Source: an uncultured Planctomycetaceae bacterium
GTDB taxonomy: Bacteria > Planctomycetota > Planctomycetia > Pirellulales > PALSA-1355
DNA length: 64,000 bases
Direction of reading: 5' to 3'
Assembly (NCBI GenBank): GCA_963785305.1
Contig: CAWAUV010000007.1
Span: forward strand, 2,172,615-2,236,614
Shown here one piece after another: positions 45,743 to 55,394 of this stretch. The stretch's first letter is position 1; the number at the start of each line of letters is the position of its first letter. The translations under genes were made by a program, and so were the position numbers. A model generated the notes under the pieces. The model saw only the letters and a list, made by a program, of their open reading frames with translations, was not told the DNA's origin and searched no databases.

Positions 45743-46229
45743 ACTGTTCCTCCGGGGGAAATCCCGCCGTGGGAAAACTGACCGCGATCGCGAGCCCGCC
45801 GCCGGCGTGCGCCGCGAGGACGTCGCGTTTTACGAAACTATCGCGGGCCGCGGCGGCTGTGTCGCTCGGCTATATCGGCTTGCTCGTGGCCCAGCTCGCG
45901 TGGATCTGCGCCGGGGAATGGGCGCTTCGCTCCGCCGCACGCGCCGCTTGCCGCGAGGCGCTTTTGCCCCGCGCCACGTTTGTCTCGGCCGAGAACATGG
46001 CCCGCGCCGCGCTTGGGCCGCGTTCTCCGCTCGCCAACCACCTGCGATTCAATCTCGAAATCCACCGGAGCGTGGGCGCTCCCACGGGCGAGCTCGATTT
46101 ACAATCGGGTGATCGGGTCACGGTGCGATTGAGCGCCCCAGGCGCTCTGGCCCCGGCTTGGCTATGCCGCTGGGGCCTGCCGATCGGCGCCATGCGGCTC
46201 CAAGCAGCGCCGCGGGCGAGCGCAGGTAG
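45739..46229 (+). CDS. TadE-like/pilin-like hypothetical membrane protein; 3' end uncertain
   Basis: One hydrophobic helix followed by ALRSAARAACREA; ATGA overlap with the GT2 stop. The ORF-track end (46347) would overlap yceI, so a frameshift near 46210 is likely. Confidence 0.45.
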
Positions 46230-46249
46230 CGAGTCTCGCGGGCCAAGGC

Positions 46250-46850
46250 CTATTTGCGAATGCCCTCGAACGACACGGTCACGGTTACTTCGTCGCCCAG
46301 CGAACCATCGGCCACGCCATACGCCATGCCGAAGTCGCTACGTTTGATGACAAACGTGCCTTCGTAACCGGTGCGGTACTGCGCCGCCGGGATCTTTGCC
46401 CGAGCCGATGCGCTCCATGTGGGCATTCACGGCCCGCGTCACGCCGTGGAGCGTGAGATCGCCGCCGATTTCAATGCCTTTTTCGCCGTTGCGCCGCACC
46501 GACTTGCTCTTGAACTCGATCGTCGGGTACTGCTTCACATTGAAGAAGTCGGCGCTCTTGAGATGTTGATCGCGCTTCGGATGTCCGGTGTCGATGCTAT
46601 CGGCCTTGATCACGAAGTCGAAGGTCAGGCCGTTGCCACTCGGCTCGTCGATGTTAAACTCGCCGCCAAGATCGTCGAAGCGACCATAAGCAAAGCTCAC
46701 GCCCATGTGTTTGACGCGAAAGCTCACGAAGGAATGAGCCGAGTCGACCTTGTACTCCTCGGCGCCCGCCGGCGCGGGCGGAAGCCAGGCCGAGAGGACA
46801 AACAGCAAACTTAAAGCGCTGGCTTTAGCGGTAGCAATTCGGGCAAACAT
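46250..46850 (-). CDS. yceI: YceI family protein (frameshift ~46380)
   Basis: Signal peptide, YKVDSAHSFVSF, SIDTGHPKRDQHLKSADFF, GDLTLHGVT, then IKRSDFGM...V in the shifted frame. Confidence 0.9.
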
Positions 46851-46918
46851 CGGGAGATTCCTTTCTCTCGCGGGATGAACTTCGCGAAGACATGTATTGA
46901 ACAAAGTCGCAACCTATT

Positions 46919-47521
46919 TTATTCCTCCGAGTCGCTCGCTTGGCTCGCGAGCGAGGCTTGCATCGCGAGCTCTTCCCGGCGCCGCTCGGCTCTCCGTCGG
47001 GCCCGAATGCTTTGGGCGCTTTCGCGCCCGGCTTCGGCGGCCGACTTTTCCACCCACGGGCGCCGGGCTTTGGCAAGCAGCCGGTTGAGCTCCACCAGCT
47101 CACTCGGCTCCAGATGCCCGAGCAGCGTTTTGTGCAATTCGCGAACCGGCAAGTCGAGCCGGGCGAGCAGTTCGAGGCCGGCGGCGGTAATGCTCAGCAG
47201 CACCACGCGGCGATCGACCGCGGCGCGCACCCGGCGAACCAGGCCGGCATGCTCCAGGCGATCGCCCAGGCGAGTGATATCGGGAGTGCGGTGGACCATG
47301 TTGCGGGCGATCGTGAGGCAGGAAACGCCCTCGCCGCCGTGGCCGCGTAGGATTCGCAGCACATTGTATTGCGGCGCCGAAATGGCGTGGCGTTGGAAAA
47401 GCCGCTCAAACTCTTGCCGCAGAAAGCCTTGGCTCCGCGCAATGTTGAGATAGGCTTCCTGTTCGAGCGAGTCAAACGGCTCGCGTCGGTCGATTTCGAT
47501 CCACAATTCAGATTCGGTCAT
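46919..47521 (-). CDS. MarR family transcriptional regulator
   Basis: QYNVLRILRG...PDITRLGDRLE..GLVRR...DRRVV...IT..G. Confidence 0.93.
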   Translation of the reverse strand: MTESELWIEIDRREPFDSLEQEAYLNIARSQGFLRQEFERLFQRHAISAPQYNVLRILRGHGGEGVSCLTIARNMVHRTPDITRLGDRLEHAGLVRRVRAAVDRRVVLLSITAAGLELLARLDLPVRELHKTLLGHLEPSELVELNRLLAKARRPWVEKSAAEAGRESAQSIRARRRAERRREELAMQASLASQASDSEE

Positions 47522-47789
47522 GATGGCGCCTCGCAGCCGCCAATGTAAAGAGATCGTAAAATTGCGTCAACGCCTTGACAGCAATGGCCGGCCGCCGCAT
47601 ATTAGCCGCTCGCAGAAATGATACTGAGTCTCAGTAGCGAAAGTTCACGAGACTCGCCTCCGCCGTGTTCCGCGCCGGACCCCGGCTTGGCCTCATTCGT
47701 GAGGGCCCCCCGCCATGTTGCTTCAAAATCCCTGTCCGCCGCCCCGCCTGCTTGTGTGGAGAACCTCGAATTCAACGTCCAGCGACGCC

Positions 47790-48827
47790 ATGACAGCCCG
47801 CTCCGTCAAGTCCCGCGCCTTGCGGCCTCGCGGATTCACCCTTGTTGAGCTCCTGGTCGTAATCGCGATCATTGGCACGCTGATCGGCATTTTGCTGCCC
47901 GCCGTGCAGGCGGCGCGGGAGGCGGCCCGAAGGACACAGTGTCTCAATAACCTGAAGCAAGCCAGTCTCGCTATTAACAACTACCAAAACGCCCGCCGCG
48001 TGTTTCCACCCAGCCGCATGTGGGACGGCATCGCCAGCGACTCGTCCGACGACTTCTCGGCTTGGGCCCGTTCGCTCGCCTACATGGAAGAGACCAATCT
48101 CTCGAAGTATTTCAACGTCCAGAGCACCGAGGACCAAACAATGCCCGACGGCACTCCGGTGCAGTCGGTTCGCATCGCCTCGTTGGTTTGCCCCTCGGAA
48201 ATCAACGACATGGTCAAACTCAACAGCGACGGCTCCTTGAACGCCTATCCCACGAACTACGGAGTGAACACGGGCACTTGGTTGGTGATGGACCCGACGA
48301 ATCAAGCGACTCCCGTGGGGTCGTTCTACCCGAACAGCTCGCTCAAGCCGAGCGCCTTCACCGATGGCCTCAGCAAGACCTTGCTTGCCGCCGAAGTCAA
48401 AATGTGGACCTCCGGCTACTCGGGCGGCGCGGCCGGCCCCACGCCTCCCGCCGGCCCCTCGCAAATCTGCTCGCTCGGCGTGACCGCCAGCATGGGCCCG
48501 GCGGTGACCGATAACAAATCGCACACCGAATGGGGCGATGGCAAAAGCAAACAGACCGGCTTTACCACCGCCTTTACGCCCAACACCGCCGTGCTTTGCC
48601 CTTACAACGGCGTCAGTTACGACGTCGACTATATCAATGTCAACGAAGGCAGCTCGCTGACCGTGGCCAGCTATTCGGCGAACACCTCGCGCAGCTACCA
48701 CCCCGGCTCGGTCAATGTGTCGCTCATGGACGGCTCGGCCCATACCGTGACCGACGACATTAACCTCCTTCTTTGGCAAGCGCTCTCGACCCGGGCCGGC
48801 AACGATATCGGGGAAATCGACTACTGA
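47790..48827 (+). CDS. DUF1559 prepilin-type protein
   Basis: [55 protein letters not shown]. Confidence 0.95.
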   Translation: MTARSVKSRALRPRGFTLVELLVVIAIIGTLIGILLPAVQAAREAARRTQCLNNLKQASLAINNYQNARRVFPPSRMWDGIASDSSDDFSAWARSLAYMEETNLSKYFNVQSTEDQTMPDGTPVQSVRIASLVCPSEINDMVKLNSDGSLNAYPTNYGVNTGTWLVMDPTNQATPVGSFYPNSSLKPSAFTDGLSKTLLAAEVKMWTSGYSGGAAGPTPPAGPSQICSLGVTASMGPAVTDNKSHTEWGDGKSKQTGFTTAFTPNTAVLCPYNGVSYDVDYINVNEGSSLTVASYSANTSRSYHPGSVNVSLMDGSAHTVTDDINLLLWQALSTRAGNDIGEIDY

Positions 48828-48968
48828 CTCGTAAGCATTCGATGATTCCCGCGCCGCGGCGCATGACACGAGCGCGGAGCGCATGTTAGAATCGCCAAGC
48901 GCTCGCCGGGCGCTTGGTTCGCGCGAGTCGCTGGCGATTCTCATGGGCGCCCGGGGGGGCAATCTTCA

Positions 48969-50348
48969 ATGACGACGCGTCGCACGAGTTCTTGGCGTCG
49001 AGCGCTCGGGGCAAGCATCGCGCTCCTCATGGCGCAGGCCTGGGGCCCGCGTGGCGCCTCGCTCCTTGGCGACGAGCACGAAAAACCGAAAACCCCGGCT
49101 TCAACAGCGGCTATTCCAGCGTCGACCATCGGCGCCAAACTGGCCGTGGCCGATCCGGTTTGGGATGCTCGCTTCACGCGCCAAAGCGGCTGGACCGGCG
49201 GCGATGTGGTGGGCACGGTCGACCTCGAAGATGGCCGGCTCTTGTGGATGTTCGGCGACACCTGGATCGGCCGGGTCGAGCGCAATGCGCATATCGACGC
49301 CCACTTGGTCAACAACACCGTGGCCATCGAAGCGCTGCCCGCTCCCGGATCGCCGCGTGCCGAACGATCGCCGCTCGACGAACTGACGTTTTACTGGGGT
49401 CCCCGCTCCATCACGGAACCCGGTAAGAAATCGGCTGACGAGAACTCCGCCGACAAGAAGCCGCAAGCCTGGCTCAAGCTGCCGCCGGAGAATGAGGATT
49501 CGACCGCCGAGTCCGATTGGCAATGGTTCACCGGCGGCGCCGTGGTGGCCCGGCGGAGCAACGGTGCGCCACGACTCGCGATGTTCCTATTTCGCATCGG
49601 CAAATCCGCGGCCGGCGCCGAAGGTGTGTGGGGCTTTGAAAGTCGAGGCGTCACGCTCGCCACGGTCGACGATTTTTCCGGCCCGGCGAGCGATTGGCGC
49701 ATCGAACAGCGCGCCGTTCCCTTCGCCATCGATGCCCGGAGCGCGCGGCGCGATCATTCGCTACACGAAACCAGTTGGGGCATGGCCGCTTTTCGCGAAA
49801 CGCCGGATAAGGATCGGCCGAATGATGCATTCGCGTATATCTACGGCGTCCGCAGCCTTTCGTCGCTCGATCGCCATTTGCTACTCGCTCGTGCGCGAGT
49901 CAACGCGATCGATGATTTCAGCGCCTGGCGATTTTTTGCCGGCCCGGGTCATTGGTCGCCGCGGGGCGAAGAAGCGATCGCGGTGGCCGTGAATGTGCCC
50001 ACGGAATTGTCGGTGGAGCGAGTTCAGATCGGTGATCGCGCGTTTTTTGCGATGGTTCATGGCGAGCCGCCGCTGGGGCGAGGAATCATGCTCCGCTTGG
50101 CGAATCGGCCCGAGGGTCCCTGGACCGCGGCGACCCTGGTCTATTCGGTCCCCGAGGTCGATCGCGACAAGCGATATTTCGCCTATGCGGCCAAGGGACA
50201 TGCTCCCCACTCGCCGCCGGGCGAACTGCTGATCAGCTATGTGGTCAATGCCCACGACTTCGGCGCCATGGCCCGCGACGCCACGATTTACCGCCCGCGC
50301 TTTGTGCGCGCGGCGCTGAAGGACCTACCGCTGCCACCGGCGCGATGA
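48969..50348 (+). CDS. Secreted DUF4185/DUF5005-like (beta-propeller glycoside hydrolase-like) protein
   Basis: GWTGGD...LWMFGDT...NN, YIYG, PEGPW, YAAKGH...LLISY.VN, YRPRF. Confidence 0.75.
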   Translation: MTTRRTSSWRRALGASIALLMAQAWGPRGASLLGDEHEKPKTPASTAAIPASTIGAKLAVADPVWDARFTRQSGWTGGDVVGTVDLEDGRLLWMFGDTWIGRVERNAHIDAHLVNNTVAIEALPAPGSPRAERSPLDELTFYWGPRSITEPGKKSADENSADKKPQAWLKLPPENEDSTAESDWQWFTGGAVVARRSNGAPRLAMFLFRIGKSAAGAEGVWGFESRGVTLATVDDFSGPASDWRIEQRAVPFAIDARSARRDHSLHETSWGMAAFRETPDKDRPNDAFAYIYGVRSLSSLDRHLLLARARVNAIDDFSAWRFFAGPGHWSPRGEEAIAVAVNVPTELSVERVQIGDRAFFAMVHGEPPLGRGIMLRLANRPEGPWTAATLVYSVPEVDRDKRYFAYAAKGHAPHSPPGELLISYVVNAHDFGAMARDATIYRPRFVRAALKDLPLPPAR

Positions 50349-50560
50349 ATTCGACCGGCACGGCGCTTTTGAAACGCGGCCTCGTCGGCGCTCCACCCGC
50401 AAAGTGGTGAACCTCCGCTCGCCAAATTGGCTCCTTCCCCGGCATTGCATGCCGCCGTACACTACGCAATTCCCTTGCCCCTTCGCCGGACGCTTCAGGC
50501 TTGTGCCGACGCTTTGGGCCAAGCCGCCTTATTTTCCAACGCGAGATTCGAGAGTCCTGG

Positions 50561-51401
50561 ATGGTCGACAACGCGCCGGTCAAGTCCCTGATCCACAAGA
50601 CACTCACGATCGAAGGCTATTCCCGCGCCGCCGTGCAAACCTACTGGCGCCTGCCCGAACTTAAGCTCGGGTTCGATCTGGGCGCCCAGCCTTGGTCGTT
50701 CATGGGCACTCCCACCTGGTTCATCTCGCATTGCCATCTCGATCATCTGGCGGCGATTCCCGTGTATGTCGCTCGGCGGCGGATGATGAAGATGGAGCCG
50801 CCGGTGATTTACGCCCCGGAACACGCGATCGACACGATCCACAAACTGCTCAAGCTCGTTTCGCGACTCGATCGCGGCCGGCTGCCCTGCGATTTGCGCG
50901 GAGTGCGGCCCGGCGACGAAATCGAGCTCTCGCGCGAACACGTGGCCACGGTCTCGGCCACGCGGCATAGCGTGCCCTCGGTGGGCTATGTGATCTGGGA
51001 ACGGCGGCGAAAACTGCGGCCCGAACTGCAACATCTCAGCGGCGGCGAAATCCGCGACCTGCGGCTCTCGGGCGCCGAGGTGACCATCGAGCGGCGCATG
51101 CCGCGGGTGGCGTTTTTGGGCGACAGCGCCTCGGAAGGGCTCGACGCCTGCCCGGCGATGTACGAGGCCGAGGTGCTCATCATGGAGATCACGTTCGTCG
51201 CGCCCTCGCATCGCAAGGAAAAGATCCACAAATTCGGCCACACGCATCTCGACGATATCGTCGAGCGCCGCGCCGCGCTTCAAAAACGAACTGGTGATCG
51301 CCTCGCACTTCAGCACCCGCTACACCGACGCCCGGATCGAGCGGCTGGTGCGCCGCGCGCTGCCCGACATGCTCGACGGCCGCCTGACGCTTTGGCTGTG
51401 A
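50561..51401 (+). CDS. MBL-fold metallo-hydrolase, RNase Z-like (frameshift ~51270)
   Basis: SHCHLDH (HxHxDH), [28 protein letters not shown] in the shifted frame. Confidence 0.88.
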
Positions 51402-51424
51402 CTCTTTCACCGCGCGGGCACGGT

Positions 51425-51479
51425 AGCGCCGAGTAAAGCTCGTCGCGGCGCAGCCTGTTCAATATTTCGACAGGCTGCT
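51425..51479. repeat. Internally deleted copy of MITE family B
   Basis: AGCGCCGAGTAAAGCTCGTCGCGGC + GCAGCCTGTTCAATATTTCGACAGGCTGCT equals two separated segments of 25127-25281. Confidence 0.75.
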
Positions 51480-51519
51480 TGCCAATGTGCCGCCCAAGCC
51501 AGAATCCCCCAAGCCCCCG

Positions 51520-51592
51520 CGAAACGTCGCCCGCCCATCGCTGGGCGGCTGGTTTCGTCGGTTGTTGCCGTCGCGGTTTTGTCGTTTTATTT
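51520..51592 (+). terminator. Possible intrinsic terminator between convergent genes
   Basis: CGAAAC..CCGCCCA-TCGC-TGGGCGG..GTTTCG hairpin followed at some distance by T-rich sequence. Confidence 0.3.
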
Positions 51593-51633
51593 CGCGATTG
51601 CGGATCGCAATGCTCGACGTGGGGCGATCTAAA

Positions 51634-52666
51634 TTACCGCGCGAACCCGTAGCGGATGCCCGCTAGCGATTTCAACGCATCGCGAAGCATGGGCGTCTCC
51701 CTCCCGAGAAATTTGCCGATCGGTTCTTTGACCTCGTGCGGTAGAAACAATGGGATTCGATCGCCGAGCGCGCCGTAACGCTTGCGCGAGCCCTCGAAGG
51801 CATCGTTCGGTCGATGTATTCTTATACCAGTTGTCGAAAAGCACGATCGCCTTGACCGGGAGCAGCGCGAATAAATTCGCCGAGCCGCCAATGCAGACAA
51901 ACGTCCAATTCTTGAGCCATGACGCCAGGAACTGAATGCCCATGAAATGCGAACCGACTTTCGCGACCAATTCGTGCTGAAACACATGATCGACGCCGAC
52001 GACGCTCGGCAGGTCGCTCCGAGCCAACCACTCGCGAATCTGGCTTCCAAATCCCCAACCCTCCTTGATTTCGGAGCAGATTATATTTTCGGGCAAGTCC
52101 AAGCGATGAAACAAATCCCACGTGGACTGCCGGATGCATACCTCGGGCCATGCAAAAGCGTCGATCAGCTCTTGATCCTCGATTTCATCCATCGCGGCCA
52201 CGATCAACTCATGCTTTTGTCGTAGCTCGGGCGTTACATCGGCGCCAAGCCGGGCGTCGCATTGCCCGCGGCTGAGCAGAAAGTTGTGGCTGTCGCCGCT
52301 CATCTGGTGGCCTTGAACGAATCGGGCCTTGCTTAGGCGGCGCATAATCGCCATCTCGGTGGTCCAGCCGGTAACCTTGTCCAGGTAGAGCTTCGAAAGA
52401 AGATGATCGCCGCCTTGGAGAATCGCCCGATCGGCAAGGACGCTGAATTCGGGAAGTTGATTCAGATGCCCGAACGCGATGACGCGCGTCCGCCGTCGGG
52501 CACAATAAAGCTTGAGCTTCAAGAAGCCGGCATTTCCGAAATTCTCGCCGAAATGCGGCGTGTAGACGATTTCGTCGCGGAACGGAGTGCTCGCGTCGAT
52601 CTCGTAAATGTACGCGTTCTCCCCGGGCACGGGAGCTGCGTCGGGCACGATCCGAATCTTTTCCAC
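51634..52666 (-). CDS. Hypothetical protein, possibly glycosyltransferase-like (frameshift ~51780)
   Basis: Long ORF with lower GC, GTG start; FVCIGGSANLFALLPVKAIVLF loosely resembles the GT9 C-terminal motif. Confidence 0.6.
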
Positions 52667-52698
52667 GGGCGCCTCGCCTGCAAAATTACGACCGATCG

Positions 52699-53634
52699 TC
52701 AAAAAACGTACCCGGACTCTTCCAGCAGCGGCGGCAACCCAAGCTCCCCGGCCCGCTTCCAATGCGGGCGAAGGATCGGGTGCATCTCGCGGCGATCAAG
52801 CGCGTCGCGCGCCTCCGATAGCGTGCGGGCGAAATCGGACGCATGCGCGGCTTCGAGACAGACATTATGCGTGGCGGCCTTTTCGCCCGGCGCGACCGTT
52901 TTGTTGATGCAAGGCCGCGCCGCGAGAAATCGCCGAGTCTGCTCCTCGACCGAAAGCCCGAGAAATCGGAAAACGTCCGCCAACCGCTCCGGCTCGTCTG
53001 GCCGGAGATCGACGCACACGCGATAGGCGCTCGTCATGTTCAAAACCACTCGCAGCGCAATGAGCAGGTCTTCGATCAGGCCCGCGTGGTGTTCTCGCGG
53101 CTCCCGCCGCATGATGGTGAGGATCGCCCGCAACGGATGGCGCACGGTGACGACCACGGGAAAGTTTTTCGTCAACCGTGCCAAGTGTCGCGTCGCGTCC
53201 ACGCGATGGCAATGGGCACGGTAGAGCAAATACTGCTCGCGCTTCGGCGAAAGCCGCACGCCGACCTCCGCGAATTCGTTGGCCACCTGCGCCAGATGAT
53301 GTTCGCGGTTTCGCAACGGCAGCTTCCGCTCGGATGAAATCGTTTGCCAATACCCCAAGGCAGCCACGAACCGCGATTTCTCGATCCTCCCTTCGATGAA
53401 ATCAAGAATGTATTCCCGAAGCATCCGCTCCGAGCCGCGATCGCGTCCCGAGCGAATCGTCGGATCATGCCAGCCCATGCCTCTGCCGGCCAAGGTGTAG
53501 TTTGGGCGAAAATCGGCGTCGATCCAGTAATCTTCGCCGATGGCGGTGCTGATTTCGGAATGCGACTCCAGCAGCATCCGCGCAAAGTGCGTGCCGGTAT
53601 GCGTCGGCGTGAAGAGGATGATCGCATCGTTCAT
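52699..53634 (-). CDS. Sulfotransferase-like (PAPS-binding P-loop) protein
   Basis: N-terminal TPTHTGTHF (5'-PSB-like), VVTVRHPLRAILT (3'-PB-like), VFRFLGL. Confidence 0.65.
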   Translation of the reverse strand: MNDAIILFTPTHTGTHFARMLLESHSEISTAIGEDYWIDADFRPNYTLAGRGMGWHDPTIRSGRDRGSERMLREYILDFIEGRIEKSRFVAALGYWQTISSERKLPLRNREHHLAQVANEFAEVGVRLSPKREQYLLYRAHCHRVDATRHLARLTKNFPVVVTVRHPLRAILTIMRREPREHHAGLIEDLLIALRVVLNMTSAYRVCVDLRPDEPERLADVFRFLGLSVEEQTRRFLAARPCINKTVAPGEKAATHNVCLEAAHASDFARTLSEARDALDRREMHPILRPHWKRAGELGLPPLLEESGYVF

Positions 53635-53713
53635 ATGGCTGTCTACGGGGCAAATCCGGACGCCCAGAATTGAGATCGTAGGCAACTCGCACATTCGCGA
53701 GGTGTCGGGCGCC

Positions 53714-55394
53714 TGTCTTGGTTCACCGTGAACTGGAATTGGCGGTGCCGGGGATTAGCGAGTTGTGAAGGGCGTCCTGCCGGGGATTTCGCGGCATCGT
53801 GCCGCGAAGGTTTATCGCATTGGCGCCAATCCCGAATATCGGGCCGCGCTCCCGGAACGTCGAGCGGAGCGAGACGGCGATGGCCGGAGCCAGTCGCCGT
53901 CCGCCCTTCGGTCTTGGCCGCTGGGTCGGCGCTCGGGTTGCCCCTCGGCAGAGCCCTATCCTCCGCCCAGTTCAATCATCAATTTAGCGCCGCCGATCGT
54001 TTCAGGCAACCTTGGGCGCGGCGTTGGCGGCGGCACGCGCCTGCGCGTCGTCGCTCGCGGGCCGCTTCCAGCTTCGCGTCACGCTCGTCGAATATCCGCT
54101 GCTCGATACCGTTCAACTTGTCGCTCGGCGTGACGTAGCCGATCGCGCTGTGCAAGCGCTCGTGGTTGTAGTGCTCCACGAACTTCGTGATCCGCCCTCG
54201 CGCCTCTTCGACATCCTCGGGGCAGGCCGGACGAATGCACTCGACCTTCAGGCTCTTGTGCCAGCGTTCCAACTTGCCGTTGCTTTGCGGATAAAACGGA
54301 CTCGTTCGCACATGCGTCATGCCGGCCAGGCGAATGCACTCCTTGAAATCGCGGGCGATAAACTGCGGGCCGTTGTCGCTGATGATCCGCGGCTTTTCGT
54401 CCGGAAACTTTTCTCGCGCGCGTTGAATCACCGTTTCCACTTCGAACTCCTTCATGCTCTCGCGCAGCTCCCAATGCACGATGTAGCGGCTGTAGCCGTC
54501 CAGAATCGTGCGGAGAAAGTAGAACGTGCCGGCCAGATTGATGTACGAAATATCGACATGCCAGTGGTCGTGCGGCCGCGGCGGCTGCACGAAACCGGTT
54601 CCTTTCTTGGACGGCGAGAACTTGCGTTGGTCGAGCCGTCCGCCTTGTTTCAATACCCGATACACGCTGCTGGGACTGACGGCCACCACGTCGTCGTCGA
54701 GCATCATGAACGCCAAGCGGCGATAACCGTTCAGCGGGTGGCTGTCATGGTAGGCGAGGATGGCTTGTTTCTCCCAATCCTCGAGTTCTCGATTCCCCGG
54801 GCCACCAGTTGCGCGGGACCTTGCCGTTGTGTTCGTTGGCCTTGCCGTAGCGGTCCTTCCACTGGTGGAACTTGCTCGGCGCCAGTTCCAGCCAACCCAG
54901 CAGCCGCCGGGCCGGCAGCTCGGCACGCTCGGTCCAACGCCCAATGTAGTCGACGACCGCGTCGCGCGTGTCGTGGGGAACCCAAGCTCCCTTCAGAGTT
55001 CCCCAAGCTCTTTTTTTGCGCGGACATTCTCCTCCATCAGTTCGGCGATGACTTCGTTCTTGGTGACCAGCTTCGATTCGAGCTGGGCGATCTTCTGGTC
55101 CTTGGCCGCTTCCAGCCGCGGCGGCCGCCCGCCCGCCCGCCCACCGCCCGACCGCCTTCTCGGCCTGATCGAGCACCTGCTTGACCCAGAGATGGATCAG
55201 GCTCGGCTGGACCTTGAGTTCATCGGCCAAATCCGACACCGGCGTTTTGCCGCTCAAATGCCGCCGCACGACCTGGGCCTTCTGCTCGGCGGAAAAATGC
55301 CGCCGCGTTCGCAATTCGCTCATGGAAACGTCCTCCCTCGGGATTTATGCTAATCCCAACGGCCAAACTTTCCAGTTCCGGGAGGTTCAGGACA
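53714..55394 (-). mobile_element. IS3-family insertion sequence (1,681 bp), degraded
   Basis: Imperfect TIRs TGTCTTGGTTCACCGTGAACTGGAA / TGTCCTGAACCTCCCGGAACTGGAA (TG...CA ends); orfA HTH from 55323; A7G slippery site at 55010-55017; orfB rve DDE core; no target-site duplication. Confidence 0.9.
53979..55323 (-). pseudogene. IS3 transposase OrfAB
   Basis: MSELRTRRHFSAEQKAQVV...; WHVDISY, ILDGYSR, SDNGPQF, PQSNGKLERWH, YNHERLHSAIGY; 16-nt out-of-frame insertion at ~54785-54801 and a frameshift ~55130. Confidence 0.88.
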
